DNA from: a virus
Lineage: Duplodnaviria; Caudoviricetes
Reading direction: 5' to 3' (one strand)
IMG/VR virus record: IMGVR_UViG_3300037601_000088
Coordinates: 64,001 to 128,000 of that record
Length of the DNA: 64,000 bases
Both the position numbers and the translations under genes were made by a program. Below, in pieces: positions 47,700-56,965 of the stretch (position 1 is its first letter; every line of letters begins with the position of its first letter). The notes below the pieces were generated by a model. That model worked only from the letters and a program-made list of their open reading frames with translations. It was not told where the DNA came from and did no database searches.

Positions 47700-48004
47700 T
47701 AAAAAGAAAAGATTTTGGCTTTACCACAAATGATTTTTCGTTTGAATTTAACGCCGATGATAGTACTGAAAATAATGATGTTTTATTTTCTAACTATAAA
47801 GATAAAATCGAAAAATTATATAATGAAAGTAATAATTTGGCTGAAATGTTTCTACCGTTTCTTAAAAAACTAAGAGATGGTGAAGGAGACGTTATTAAAT
47901 GGCCCGAGGAAATAAGACTAAAACAAATCAATAGTTTTATGAATCAGATAGAAAAACAACAAGATTTATTAACAGAAATATATGGAGAAAATATTCAAGA
48001 ATGA
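47696..48004 (+). CDS. Hypothetical protein
   Basis: DFGFT...I.WP motif; between 43 and uvsX. Confidence 0.7.
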   Translation: MIKRKDFGFTTNDFSFEFNADDSTENNDVLFSNYKDKIEKLYNESNNLAEMFLPFLKKLRDGEGDVIKWPEEIRLKQINSFMNQIEKQQDLLTEIYGENIQE

Positions 48005-49059
48005 GTTTAAGAGATAGATTATTAAAAACTTCTAAAAAAGCACAGATTTTAAGTGAATCAAAAGAATATAATTATAATATTGATATACCCACACAAATTC
48101 CCGCATTAAATTTACTCCTTTCAGGAGAAGTTGGAAAAGGTATTACTCCAGGCATTACTTGTTGGGCAGGCCCTTCCAGACACTTTAAAACATTATTTTG
48201 TTTAATTTCTGCCAAGACATATAAAGATAAATTTCCTGATGCAACCATTGTAATGTTTGATTCTGAATATGGATCTCCTCCTAATTATATTGGTTCTTTA
48301 GGTCTGGATCCTGAAGAAATTGTTCACGTACCTGTTGATACATATGAAGAATTAAAATTTGAAGCAAACAAAATAGTTAAAGCCGTTGAACCAGGAGAAA
48401 ATGTATTCATTCTTATTGATTCTTTAGGGAATTTGGCTTCAGCTAAAGAGGCTAAAGACGCTGATAATGAGAATTCCGCCGCTGATATGACCCGCGCCAA
48501 AGAATCAAAATCGTTTTTTAGAATTATTACTCCTCTCCTAAAAAGACGTAATATTCCCATGCATGTTGTACAGCATACGTATGATACCATGGATTTTATG
48601 CCTAAGAAGGTTATTGCCGGTGGCCAAGCAACACTTCTATCTGCAGATAATGCATTTATTATTGGTAGAAGACAAGAAAAAGACGGAAAAGAACTTAAGG
48701 GATACCACTTTGTTGTAAACGTTGAAAAATCTAGATTTACTAGAGAAAAATCAGTTATACCTATTCTTGTTACTAGCGAGAAGGGTATTTTTAGATGGTC
48801 CGGTATGTTCGACCTTGCCTTAGAGTTAGGAATTATAGAAAAAGTTTCTGCTCAACTATATAAGCTAAAAGATTCAGATGAAGACGATACCTTTAAAAGA
48901 AAAAATGTTGAGGCCTCGTCTAAATTTTGGAAAGGTGTTTTCAACAATACGGATTTTGCTGATATGTTAAAAAATAAATTTAAACAAGATAGTTTAAATT
49001 TAATATCGGATGATATAGAAGATGAAGAAGAAGATTATAATGAAGAAATAGAAGAATAA
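48001..49059 (+). CDS. uvsX: RecA-like recombinase UvsX
   Basis: AGPSRHFKT, DSE.G, IDSLGNLAS.KE, ADMTRAK, VEKSRF.REKS. Confidence 0.96.
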   Translation: MSLRDRLLKTSKKAQILSESKEYNYNIDIPTQIPALNLLLSGEVGKGITPGITCWAGPSRHFKTLFCLISAKTYKDKFPDATIVMFDSEYGSPPNYIGSLGLDPEEIVHVPVDTYEELKFEANKIVKAVEPGENVFILIDSLGNLASAKEAKDADNENSAADMTRAKESKSFFRIITPLLKRRNIPMHVVQHTYDTMDFMPKKVIAGGQATLLSADNAFIIGRRQEKDGKELKGYHFVVNVEKSRFTREKSVIPILVTSEKGIFRWSGMFDLALELGIIEKVSAQLYKLKDSDEDDTFKRKNVEASSKFWKGVFNNTDFADMLKNKFKQDSLNLISDDIEDEEEDYNEEIEE

Positions 49060-49062
49060 TAT

Positions 49063-50391
49063 ATGATATCCACAGATGTTGTATTTTCACAAATAATTTA
49101 TAACAAAAATTATATGACAAAAGTTCTACCCCATCTTAAGGTAGATTATTTTGATAAAGATTCTGATAAAATTGTTTATAAATTAATTGGAAGTTATATT
49201 TCCAAATATAAAAAAATACCGAATAAAAAAGCGCTCATTGCTGAAGCTTATAGTAAAAATCTAAACAACGATTTAACAAGTTCCGTGGTTGATACTCTAA
49301 CCAAGTTGGAGAATGAGCCATATGATGAAGAATGGCTGTTTGATAAGACAGAAGAATTTTGTAAGGAAAAAGCTCTTTATAATGCTCTTTATAAATCGGT
49401 AGAATTAGCTGAAGGTGAAGAAAGGGGAAATATTCCTGAAATTCTTCAAAAGGCTTTAGCTGTTTCATTTGATACAAGTGTCGGTCATGACTTTTTTAGA
49501 GATGACCGATATGAATATTACCACAAAAAAACACATAAAATTCCATTCAGGTCAAAAACGTTTAATGATATTACTGATGACGGGCTAGAGCGTAAAACTA
49601 TTGCATGTGTGATGGGGCCAACCGGCAAAGGTAAATCTATTAACCTTTGCAACTTCGCTGCTGATTATTTAAAAGATGGTTTGAATGTCCTTTACATAAC
49701 ACTTGAAATGTCTGAAATAGCAGTTGCGGCTCGCATTGAACAAAACCTTATGGAATTAACAAAGGAAGAAGTTAAATCCTTATCCAGATCAGAATATAGG
49801 AAAAAACTTAAAAATGCACAGGAAAGATCGGGTGAGCTTCTCATTAAAGAATATCCATCTACGTCTGTTCATACCGGCCATTTTCGACATTTAATTCATG
49901 AACTAGAAACGAAAAAAGGAATTAAGCCTGATGTAATTATGGTTGATTATTTGGGTATTTGTAATTCTGAAAGAGTTAAATTCAAACAAAATTCTTTTGA
50001 TTATTTAAAAGCCGTTTCTGAAGAATTAAGATCTTTAGCTGTAGAGACAAATACTCTAGTTTGGACTGCTATGCAAACAAATAGAGATGGGGCTAAAAAT
50101 GAAAATTATGATGAAACAAATGTCTCAGAAAGTTGGGGAGTTGTTTATACTTTTGATTTCTTCATAGGATTTAAAAGAAATGAGGATTTAGACAAGCAAA
50201 ACAAAATTATATTCACACAATTTAAAAATAGAAATGTCGACGAATCCTTAATGAAGTCATTTGCTATGGGGATCAATAGATCTAAGATGCTTTTATATGA
50301 TTTGGGGGATGAAGATGAAGGAGATGATTTAGTTCAAAAATTTGATAATATTCCAGATAAAGAGAAGTTTAAATCGATATTTAAAACATAA
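49063..50391 (+). CDS. 41: Replicative helicase gp41
   Basis: TEEFCK, VSFD.SVGHD, G.TGKGKS, YITLEM, VDYLGIC, QTNR, SES.G. Confidence 0.96.
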   Translation: MISTDVVFSQIIYNKNYMTKVLPHLKVDYFDKDSDKIVYKLIGSYISKYKKIPNKKALIAEAYSKNLNNDLTSSVVDTLTKLENEPYDEEWLFDKTEEFCKEKALYNALYKSVELAEGEERGNIPEILQKALAVSFDTSVGHDFFRDDRYEYYHKKTHKIPFRSKTFNDITDDGLERKTIACVMGPTGKGKSINLCNFAADYLKDGLNVLYITLEMSEIAVAARIEQNLMELTKEEVKSLSRSEYRKKLKNAQERSGELLIKEYPSTSVHTGHFRHLIHELETKKGIKPDVIMVDYLGICNSERVKFKQNSFDYLKAVSEELRSLAVETNTLVWTAMQTNRDGAKNENYDETNVSESWGVVYTFDFFIGFKRNEDLDKQNKIIFTQFKNRNVDESLMKSFAMGINRSKMLLYDLGDEDEGDDLVQKFDNIPDKEKFKSIFKT

Positions 50392-50399
50392 ATATCTAT

Positions 50400-50792
50400 A
50401 TGGCTTTAAATTTAGTTACTTATTCTGATATTAAAACAGATTTTGAACCTCACCCCTTAACCGGCGATATATCTATAGTTACGGATATTGATTCGATTAA
50501 GCAGTCGGTTGTAAACATTGTTTTTACCGATTTCTATGAAAGATATTTTTCTCCTACATTTGGTGCAGGAGTTCCTCAGAACCTATTTGAAAATATGGTT
50601 CCTCAGACGCGATATGAAATTGAAAAAAGAATTAATGAAGCAGTAGAAAATTTTGAACCCAGAGCAAGAATAGTAAGAACAAGAGTTACACCGTCTCCAG
50701 ATGACAATAATATTGTGGTAACAATTGTTTTTAGACCAGTTAATTCAACAGAAGATGTAAGTGTTCAAAGAATTTTAAGGAGAATAAGATAA
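50400..50792 (+). CDS. 25: Baseplate wedge protein gp25
   Basis: YSD....F..HP.TGD, SIKQSV.N...T..YER.F.P.FG, NFEPR. Confidence 0.92.
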   Translation: MALNLVTYSDIKTDFEPHPLTGDISIVTDIDSIKQSVVNIVFTDFYERYFSPTFGAGVPQNLFENMVPQTRYEIEKRINEAVENFEPRARIVRTRVTPSPDDNNIVVTIVFRPVNSTEDVSVQRILRRIR

Positions 50793-51164
50793 ATGGTTAA
50801 ACTACCATTTATAGGAGCTTTTAGCACTGTAAAGCTTGTACTATATGGAATAGGTTTTTTGGCTGTAGCCGGTATAGTTTTAAATATATATTTGACTTAT
50901 CAAGAATTAGATAAAATCAAAATAGAAAATGGAGCTTTAAGAAGTGACTTAGCCGTTGCAAGCCGTGCAATAGATACTTTAGAAACAAACATAGAAAACA
51001 TTAATATAACTCTTGAAAAAAGAGATGAACAATTAAGCGATTTAAGAGAAGAATTAGATAATATTACCGTAGATTTAGGATCAGATTCAAATGATTTAGC
51101 TCCTGAATCATTGCGCGAACTTATCAGGCGTTTAGGGGGCGAACAAAACAATGGTCTTGAATAA
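50793..51164 (+). CDS. Inner-membrane spanin (Rz-like)
   Basis: N-terminal TM plus coiled coil; overlaps a lipoprotein gene. Confidence 0.7.
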   Translation: MVKLPFIGAFSTVKLVLYGIGFLAVAGIVLNIYLTYQELDKIKIENGALRSDLAVASRAIDTLETNIENINITLEKRDEQLSDLREELDNITVDLGSDSNDLAPESLRELIRRLGGEQNNGLE

Positions 51165-51432
51165 AATAATACTAGTTGTATTTTTGGGATTATTTTTGGC
51201 AGCTTGTCAAAGTACTGGTGAAAGAACACTGGTAGAAACAGTGTTTATAACTCCGCCCGATTCTGTAGTTCAATGTGAAAGATATACAAATTTACCTAAT
51301 CCTGAAACTTTAACAAATCAAGAAGTCTCAAATTTAATTATTGGGCTATATACAAATCTAGAAACATGTGCTATTAATATGGATGCAATTCGTGATTTTA
51401 TTCGAAGAGCGGAAGCATCACAATCTAATTAA
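51151..51432 (+). CDS. Outer-membrane spanin lipoprotein (Rz1-like)
   Basis: Lipobox LAAC; Pro-rich; two more Cys. Confidence 0.75.
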   Translation: MVLNKIILVVFLGLFLAACQSTGERTLVETVFITPPDSVVQCERYTNLPNPETLTNQEVSNLIIGLYTNLETCAINMDAIRDFIRRAEASQSN

Positions 51433-51453
51433 AATAGGATAAATTTTTTTATT

Positions 51454-51969
51454 ATGTCTGAGCGAAATGTATTTGTGATAAGTGATACACACTTTTGTCA
51501 TACAAATATCCTTAAATTTAAGGATAAAAATGGCAATCATATCCGGCAATTTGGCTCTGTTGATGATATGAATCATACAATGATTTCCAATTGGAATTCT
51601 TTAATTGAAGATCATGATTTAGTTTACCATTTAGGTGATGTTTCATTTGGCAATCATTCCCAAACTCATGAAATACTTAGTCAATTAAAAGGTCGTAAAA
51701 GGCTGATTGTTGGGAACCATGATCCGATTAAAAGTAAAGTTTTACACGACCATTTTCAAAAAATCTTCATGTGGAAGCCATTTAATGAAAATGGTGTAAA
51801 AGCTCTTTTAACTCATGTGCCGGTTCACCCCTCTAATATTCCTGAAGGGTATATCAATGTTCATGGCCATATACATCAAAATAATTCTCCAGAAGGACCA
51901 TATTTTAATGTATCTGTCGAAAAAACTGATTATAAACCAGTTAAACTTTGCCACTTAATTAATGGATAA
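51454..51969 (+). CDS. Calcineurin-like metallophosphoesterase
   Basis: SDTHF.H, HLGD, GNHD, THVP, HGHIH. Confidence 0.9.
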   Translation: MSERNVFVISDTHFCHTNILKFKDKNGNHIRQFGSVDDMNHTMISNWNSLIEDHDLVYHLGDVSFGNHSQTHEILSQLKGRKRLIVGNHDPIKSKVLHDHFQKIFMWKPFNENGVKALLTHVPVHPSNIPEGYINVHGHIHQNNSPEGPYFNVSVEKTDYKPVKLCHLING

Positions 51970-51975
51970 TTTAAC

Positions 51976-52356
51976 ATGACTATCGGTTCAAATATGAAGA
52001 ATATTGCTTTAAGTAAAGAATTAAAACAACTTGATAAAATTTTAAAAAATATTGAGCGGCTAAAAAAGATTATTAGAAAAAAGTCTCTGAAACAATCTGA
52101 AATTAATATTAAGATAACATATAAAACATTTGGTTTTTTAAATTATAATCTTGATTATGAAATTATTAAATCTTTATTTGATAAGTATTATTTTTTAAAA
52201 TTAAATTCGGCTAATACAGAAACTTTTAATTGTTATCTTAAAAATTTTAAAGAATGGGCTGAAAATGAAGATCTAATAATTAAATATCAACGTCACCCGG
52301 GATACTATCATTCTAATTCTTATATTAAACTAAACATTTTACCAAAGGAAAATTAA
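51976..52356 (+). CDS. Hypothetical protein
   Basis: Packed ORF. Confidence 0.55.
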   Translation: MTIGSNMKNIALSKELKQLDKILKNIERLKKIIRKKSLKQSEINIKITYKTFGFLNYNLDYEIIKSLFDKYYFLKLNSANTETFNCYLKNFKEWAENEDLIIKYQRHPGYYHSNSYIKLNILPKEN

Positions 52357-52359
52357 ATT

Positions 52360-52659
52360 ATGAGTTCTTATGAAATATTTCATGGTTATTTCGAAAAATT
52401 TGATTTGGATGTTGCCGATATTAATGACGAAGACTATTTATATGATTTAGAAAAAGAACATAAATGTTATTTTGTAAACGTTGATGATCAATTATATAAA
52501 GTTTGGTCGTCTGATTTATATCTTTCATATTATGGTTTTAGTGAAATTATAGAGCCATCAGATAAGCCCCAATTGCTATTGTATTGGTATAATGGTGGTG
52601 CGGGAATACGTGAAGTGGCTGAAGAAGCTATTAAAAAATATTTAAAGAAAGATGAATAA
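52360..52659 (+). CDS. Hypothetical protein
   Basis: AAGGA SD; WYNGGAG motif. Confidence 0.65.
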   Translation: MSSYEIFHGYFEKFDLDVADINDEDYLYDLEKEHKCYFVNVDDQLYKVWSSDLYLSYYGFSEIIEPSDKPQLLLYWYNGGAGIREVAEEAIKKYLKKDE

Positions 52660-53570
52660 TGCAAGTAAAAACGATTAATTCAGTTATAACAAATAAAATG
52701 AAGGCAGTTGCTAAATCCTTTAACGATGATTATATTCGAAATAATTTTGTAGATAATGCCGTTGTTTCTGGCGGATGTATATCTAGTATGCTTCGAAATG
52801 AAGAAGTAAATGATTTTGACGTTTATTTTAAAACAAAAGATTTTGCTACTAGGGTTATATGTGCTTTGCTTCCTGCGGCTGAAAAAAACAATGACAGTAA
52901 TAAAGTTAGCAAAATTGAAGTTAGACAAACTGAAGATGGTGTGAGGATTTTTATTAAATCTTCAGGTATTATAGGAACAGAAAATTCAGATTCTAATTAT
53001 GAATATTTTGAAATTAGCGGTAATTCTGCCAAAGAATTTTTAGCTGCTGCTAAAGAAGATAATCCAGATAATAAAGATTATTATCCTGTTTATTTTACTG
53101 ATAATTCTGTCACATTAAAAAACAATGTTCAATTAGTTACACGTTTTGTTGGCGAAGCAGAAGAGATTCATAAAAACTATGATTTCCAACATTGTATGGT
53201 TTATTGGACTAAAAAAACTGGTGTCGTTTTAAACGAAAAATCCCTTTTATGTATGATGGATTCTCGATTAGAATATTCAGGATCTAGATTCCCAATTTGT
53301 TCTCTTTTTAGACTTCGTAAATTTATCAGTCGAGGCTGGAGAATATCGGCTGGTGAAATGATGAAAATAGCCTGGGATATTTCCAAATTAGATCTTGATA
53401 ATATAGAAGTTTTGGAAGATCAAATGATGGGTGTAGATCATGCTTATTTTAGGGAAGTTATTGATGTATTAAAAACAAATAGAAAAGAACTGGACCGAAC
53501 CTATCTTTTTGAACTTCTTGATGCTGTTTGGAACGATGAAATGGATACAGATGTGAGTGATAATGCCTAA
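52659..53570 (+). CDS. Nucleotidyltransferase-like protein
   Basis: VSGG.I.S...VNDFDVYF (GG/DxD), NYDF.HC, R.RKF..RGW. Confidence 0.65.
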   Translation: MQVKTINSVITNKMKAVAKSFNDDYIRNNFVDNAVVSGGCISSMLRNEEVNDFDVYFKTKDFATRVICALLPAAEKNNDSNKVSKIEVRQTEDGVRIFIKSSGIIGTENSDSNYEYFEISGNSAKEFLAAAKEDNPDNKDYYPVYFTDNSVTLKNNVQLVTRFVGEAEEIHKNYDFQHCMVYWTKKTGVVLNEKSLLCMMDSRLEYSGSRFPICSLFRLRKFISRGWRISAGEMMKIAWDISKLDLDNIEVLEDQMMGVDHAYFREVIDVLKTNRKELDRTYLFELLDAVWNDEMDTDVSDNA

Positions 53571-53856
53571 AAGCAAAACATATGAAAAATTATCATATAA
53601 ATTTATTTTAGAAGGCGAGGAAGATTTTGATGATTTTACATATCAATCTTCTTCGTATTTTAGAGATATCGCATGTAAAAAATATTGTCAATATTTATTT
53701 CATGAAAGAGACGGGTGGGAATGGATGAAAGATATAGATTATAAACCTATGTTTAAAGTTTATGACCCATATGAAAAGTGTTTCTATGCATGTACAGTTG
53801 AAATAGGAAATGAACCTGTTTTTTATGTTCGTGATAAGAAGGTAGAAAATGGATAA
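53563..53856 (+). CDS. Hypothetical protein
   Basis: DGWEW...P.F motif. Confidence 0.6.
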   Translation: MPKSKTYEKLSYKFILEGEEDFDDFTYQSSSYFRDIACKKYCQYLFHERDGWEWMKDIDYKPMFKVYDPYEKCFYACTVEIGNEPVFYVRDKKVENG

Positions 53857-54271
53857 AATATACGATTATAAATTAATTCAATCTTTAAATTCATTCATTT
53901 TAAATTTTTCTCGTAGATCTGGAAGAACTATTGAATCTATTAAGGGATTAAAAGAAGGTGATATTTTTGTAGTGAATAGTACTTCTATGTTTGTTTATGC
54001 AAAACATAGAATGCTAGAATTTTTTAAAAATAATGAAATTTTGATAGTAAACCCAAAATCAAATGATTTAGCTAATGATCTTTTTCGTAAAATTCATCTT
54101 TTGCCGGGCCAAAGAATAATTTTTGATCATCATTGGATCGAATTACGGGCTCTTTCTTATGTAGAAAAATCATTAAACGATTTACAATTTGAATATGATA
54201 TGGTATTTAAAGAAAATCAAATAAACACAAATATTGCTTTACCAAACACTCATAATTCAGGTTTATTTTAA
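53849..54271 (+). CDS. Hypothetical protein
   Basis: RRSGRT degenerate P-loop-like; IIFDH. Confidence 0.6.
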   Translation: MDKIYDYKLIQSLNSFILNFSRRSGRTIESIKGLKEGDIFVVNSTSMFVYAKHRMLEFFKNNEILIVNPKSNDLANDLFRKIHLLPGQRIIFDHHWIELRALSYVEKSLNDLQFEYDMVFKENQINTNIALPNTHNSGLF

Positions 54272-54768
54272 TGAAAACATTAATATTATTGATAGGCATG
54301 CCATGTTCAGGTAAATCAACCTGGATAAAGGAAAATAAAAAATATATGCCTATTTTTACCGATGTTTTTAGCACCGATTCTATCATTGAAAAATGGGCTA
54401 AGGATCAAAATAAAACATATACTGAAATTTTTTCTGATAGTATTCAGGAAGCTGAAAATGTTTTCTGGCAACAAGTAGAAGAAGCTATGGTAAAGGGCAA
54501 TGACAATATTGTCATCGATAGAACAAATTTAACTGAAAAAGGCAGAAAAAAGTGGTTTACTCTCGCGTCCAAATATGATTACATTGTAAATGCATTCTTG
54601 TTTTTAGAATCTAAAAATACTTTAGAGAAAAGAAACATTGAAAGGAATAAAAAAACAGGAAAATATATTCCTGATAATATATTTCATAGTATATTTCATA
54701 GAATGTATCATTCGTTTGAGCCTCCAAAATATAGTGAAGGCTTTGGTTATATTAATTATGTTGGTTAA
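54271..54768 (+). CDS. Polynucleotide kinase-like P-loop protein (AAA_33)
   Basis: GMPCSGKSTW, STD, VIDRTNL...R, P...EGF. Confidence 0.85.
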   Translation: MKTLILLIGMPCSGKSTWIKENKKYMPIFTDVFSTDSIIEKWAKDQNKTYTEIFSDSIQEAENVFWQQVEEAMVKGNDNIVIDRTNLTEKGRKKWFTLASKYDYIVNAFLFLESKNTLEKRNIERNKKTGKYIPDNIFHSIFHRMYHSFEPPKYSEGFGYINYVG

Positions 54769-54786
54769 ATTATAAAGGAAAATAAA

Positions 54787-55203
54787 ATGTCTGATCGATT
54801 TTTGGGTTGGTTTATGGGTACTGTTACAGCTGTGATTATTTTAAGTCTTATTGTAATGGCCCTTCTTTGGACACCACTTGTAGGGCCTTGGGCGGCAGAA
54901 CGTAGAGGTATGGCAGAGCTTCGTCAAGCACAACAAAATAGGCAAATTCTAGTTGAACAAGCCGAAGCTCAACAGCAGGTTTCAATTATTCGTGCTCAGG
55001 CTGAAAAAGAAGCTAGTGAATTGAGGGCTGAAGCAATTGCTATTATTGGTGAGGCGGCTCAACGATATCCTGAATATCGCCAGCAAGAATTTATTGGAGC
55101 CTTTGCCGTAGCTTTAGAAGAAGGATCAATTAGTCAAATTATTTATGTTCCTACTGAAGCCAATATTCCTATCCTTGAAGCTGGCTCCGGAAGAGTTCAA
55201 TAA
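54787..55203 (+). CDS. Membrane-anchored coiled-coil protein
   Basis: TM, G.AEL..A...RQI, IIYVPTEANIPILEA. Confidence 0.75.
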   Translation: MSDRFLGWFMGTVTAVIILSLIVMALLWTPLVGPWAAERRGMAELRQAQQNRQILVEQAEAQQQVSIIRAQAEKEASELRAEAIAIIGEAAQRYPEYRQQEFIGAFAVALEEGSISQIIYVPTEANIPILEAGSGRVQ

Positions 55204-55213
55204 ATAAAATTAT

Positions 55214-55290
55214 CTGTGTGTAGCTCAGTCTGGTAGAGCGCCGCAATTGGGCTGCGGAAGCCGGTGGTTCGAATCCATCCTCACAGACCA
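55214..55290 (+). tRNA. tRNA-Pro(TGG)
   Basis: CCGCA-AT TGG GC-TGCGG; GGTTCGAATCC; CCA. Confidence 0.9.
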
Positions 55291-55390
55291 AATTCCTGAG
55301 GATAATCAAAATATGGCTTGAACTCCTTAGTGTGAGTGGATAAAAATAGTGCAATTATCGCGACTCACTTTAATTTTAAAAAATAATCTT

Positions 55391-55465
55391 GCCGGGTTAG
55401 CATAATGGTAATGCACGCCGCTCATAACGGTAAAAATATTGGTTCGAATCCATTACCCGGTACCA
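55391..55465 (+). tRNA. tRNA(CAT), Met or Ile2
   Basis: GCCGGGT/ACCCGGT-ACCA; loop CT CAT AA. Confidence 0.85.
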
Positions 55466-55485
55466 TTTAACGAGAGAATTTCAAC

Positions 55486-56028
55486 ATGTATGAATATGGA
55501 ACAGAAATTAAAGATGAAAACGAAAAAAAGGAAACTTTAATTGAATTGTTGTCAAAGATCTTAATTCGCGAAGCATCACTTGAACTTTATGTTAAAGAAT
55601 TATCTGAAGTATTAAAATGGTATGGTGAAAATTCTCGTTTAGCTCGATTAATTCATAGTGAAGGAGATGCTGGGCGACACGCTCTTGCTGCTGATGGAGG
55701 ATATCTTGCTAACCGTACTCTTTCTTATAAACCTTTTGATAAATCTTCGGTCGGGAATAGAGTTCTTCAAGAATTAAAGCATTATGTAATTAATAATAAT
55801 TTTCTTAAACTTAAATTAGAAGCACATGAGAGAGAAATTTCTCAATTAAAAGAGGTTTCGCAACAAATAAAAAATGATACAATTGAAAAATGTATAAAAG
55901 TAGCAAATGAACACCGAGAATTAGAAAAAGATGCTGCTTTAGCCGGTATTGAAGATGCTGATGAATATTTTTCCGGTTATGATACTGCAGCATGGGATAT
56001 TGCTACATCAATTCGTAATTCTGTATAA
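55486..56028 (+). CDS. Hypothetical protein
   Basis: Coiled-coil ORF with GAGAG upstream. Confidence 0.65.
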   Translation: MYEYGTEIKDENEKKETLIELLSKILIREASLELYVKELSEVLKWYGENSRLARLIHSEGDAGRHALAADGGYLANRTLSYKPFDKSSVGNRVLQELKHYVINNNFLKLKLEAHEREISQLKEVSQQIKNDTIEKCIKVANEHRELEKDAALAGIEDADEYFSGYDTAAWDIATSIRNSV

Positions 56029-56047
56029 TAGAAAAATGGACAGTTCA

Positions 56048-56287
56048 ATGAAAATTACATATATCGGTTATAAAGAGAAAGATTTTGGTGTGTGGGAAGT
56101 TTTTTGTAATCAATATGAACTTTATACCATGTCTAATACATTAGATAATGCGTTAGAAGAATTGAAAAAATGTATTAATGATTCTCAAATACCTCTTATA
56201 AATAGAAAAACAGACATTATTATTCCTCGCGATATAGAATCAATTTGTTCGGGAAATTTAATTGAAAAAATTCAAAGACGGTCTTAG
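56048..56287 (+). CDS. HicB-like antitoxin-domain protein
   Basis: KEKDFGVWEVFC....LYT.SNTLDNALEELKKCI...IP resembles the HicB N-domain. Confidence 0.45.
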   Translation: MKITYIGYKEKDFGVWEVFCNQYELYTMSNTLDNALEELKKCINDSQIPLINRKTDIIIPRDIESICSGNLIEKIQRRS

Positions 56288-56383
56288 CGATCGTGAAATT
56301 GATGAAGGTTCTTATATAGTTTTTAAAACTGCATTTTATTTTGTTATAATTTTTCTTGTTTTTCTTTTAGTTTTATTTTTTGG

Positions 56384-56414
56384 TTTACATGTTGAAAATA
56401 TTTTGATATAAATA
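56384..56414 (+). promoter_or_regulatory. Early promoter whose -10 doubles as a late TATAAATA
   Basis: GTTTACA-N17-TATAAATA. Confidence 0.7.
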
Positions 56415-56443
56415 AATATATCAAAAATTGGAGACTATATATT

Positions 56444-56758
56444 ATGGGTTATCAAACACGTAAAACTGAAATTACTCCTAAGGGTGTAAAAGCGATTGGT
56501 TATCGCATTAATGATGATGTTTATACAGTTCAGAATCCCGATACAGGAAAATGGAATGTGTATCATCAACCCTCTGATGGTTATTTTCGTAGTTCAAAGG
56601 GTCTTGGAGACTTTTCTAAGAAAGGTCAAGCAGATAAATTTGGCAATTTGATTATTGAAAATTTTAATATGGGGTTCGATAATGAAGACGGTTTCCAAGA
56701 AGTAAATCCAGATTTTGTTGAAACGGCTCAACATTTTCATTATGAAAGTTTGATATAA
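56444..56758 (+). CDS. Hypothetical early protein
   Basis: GGAG SD; follows the promoter. Confidence 0.7.
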   Translation: MGYQTRKTEITPKGVKAIGYRINDDVYTVQNPDTGKWNVYHQPSDGYFRSSKGLGDFSKKGQADKFGNLIIENFNMGFDNEDGFQEVNPDFVETAQHFHYESLI

Positions 56759-56763
56759 TTTAT

Positions 56764-56852
56764 TGGAGTGTACTCGAGTGGTAGCAGAGAGCGGACTGTT
56801 AATCCGTTAGCCGAAAGGCTCATCGCTGGTTCGAATCCAGCCACTTCAGCCA
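56764..56852 (+). tRNA. tRNA-Asn(GTT) with long variable arm
   Basis: GCGGA-CT GTT AA-TCCGT; V-arm AGCC-GAAA-GGCT; G73-CCA. Confidence 0.9.
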
Positions 56853-56856
56853 ATAT

Positions 56857-56931
56857 GAACCGTTAGCTCAGTGGTAGAGCACTGGACTTTTAATCCGGGT
56901 GTCATGGGTTCGAATCCCATACGGTTCTCCA
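56857..56931 (+). tRNA. tRNA-Lys(TTT)
   Basis: GAACCGT/ACGGTTC-TCCA; loop CT TTT AA. Confidence 0.92.
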
Positions 56932-56965
56932 AAAATGACTATAATAAAAGATAGGTAAAATACCT

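Noticed and set aside
54678-54701. 12-nt tandem duplication (tatatttcatag x2) in the kinase gene
   Set aside because: In-frame slippage event with no evident function.
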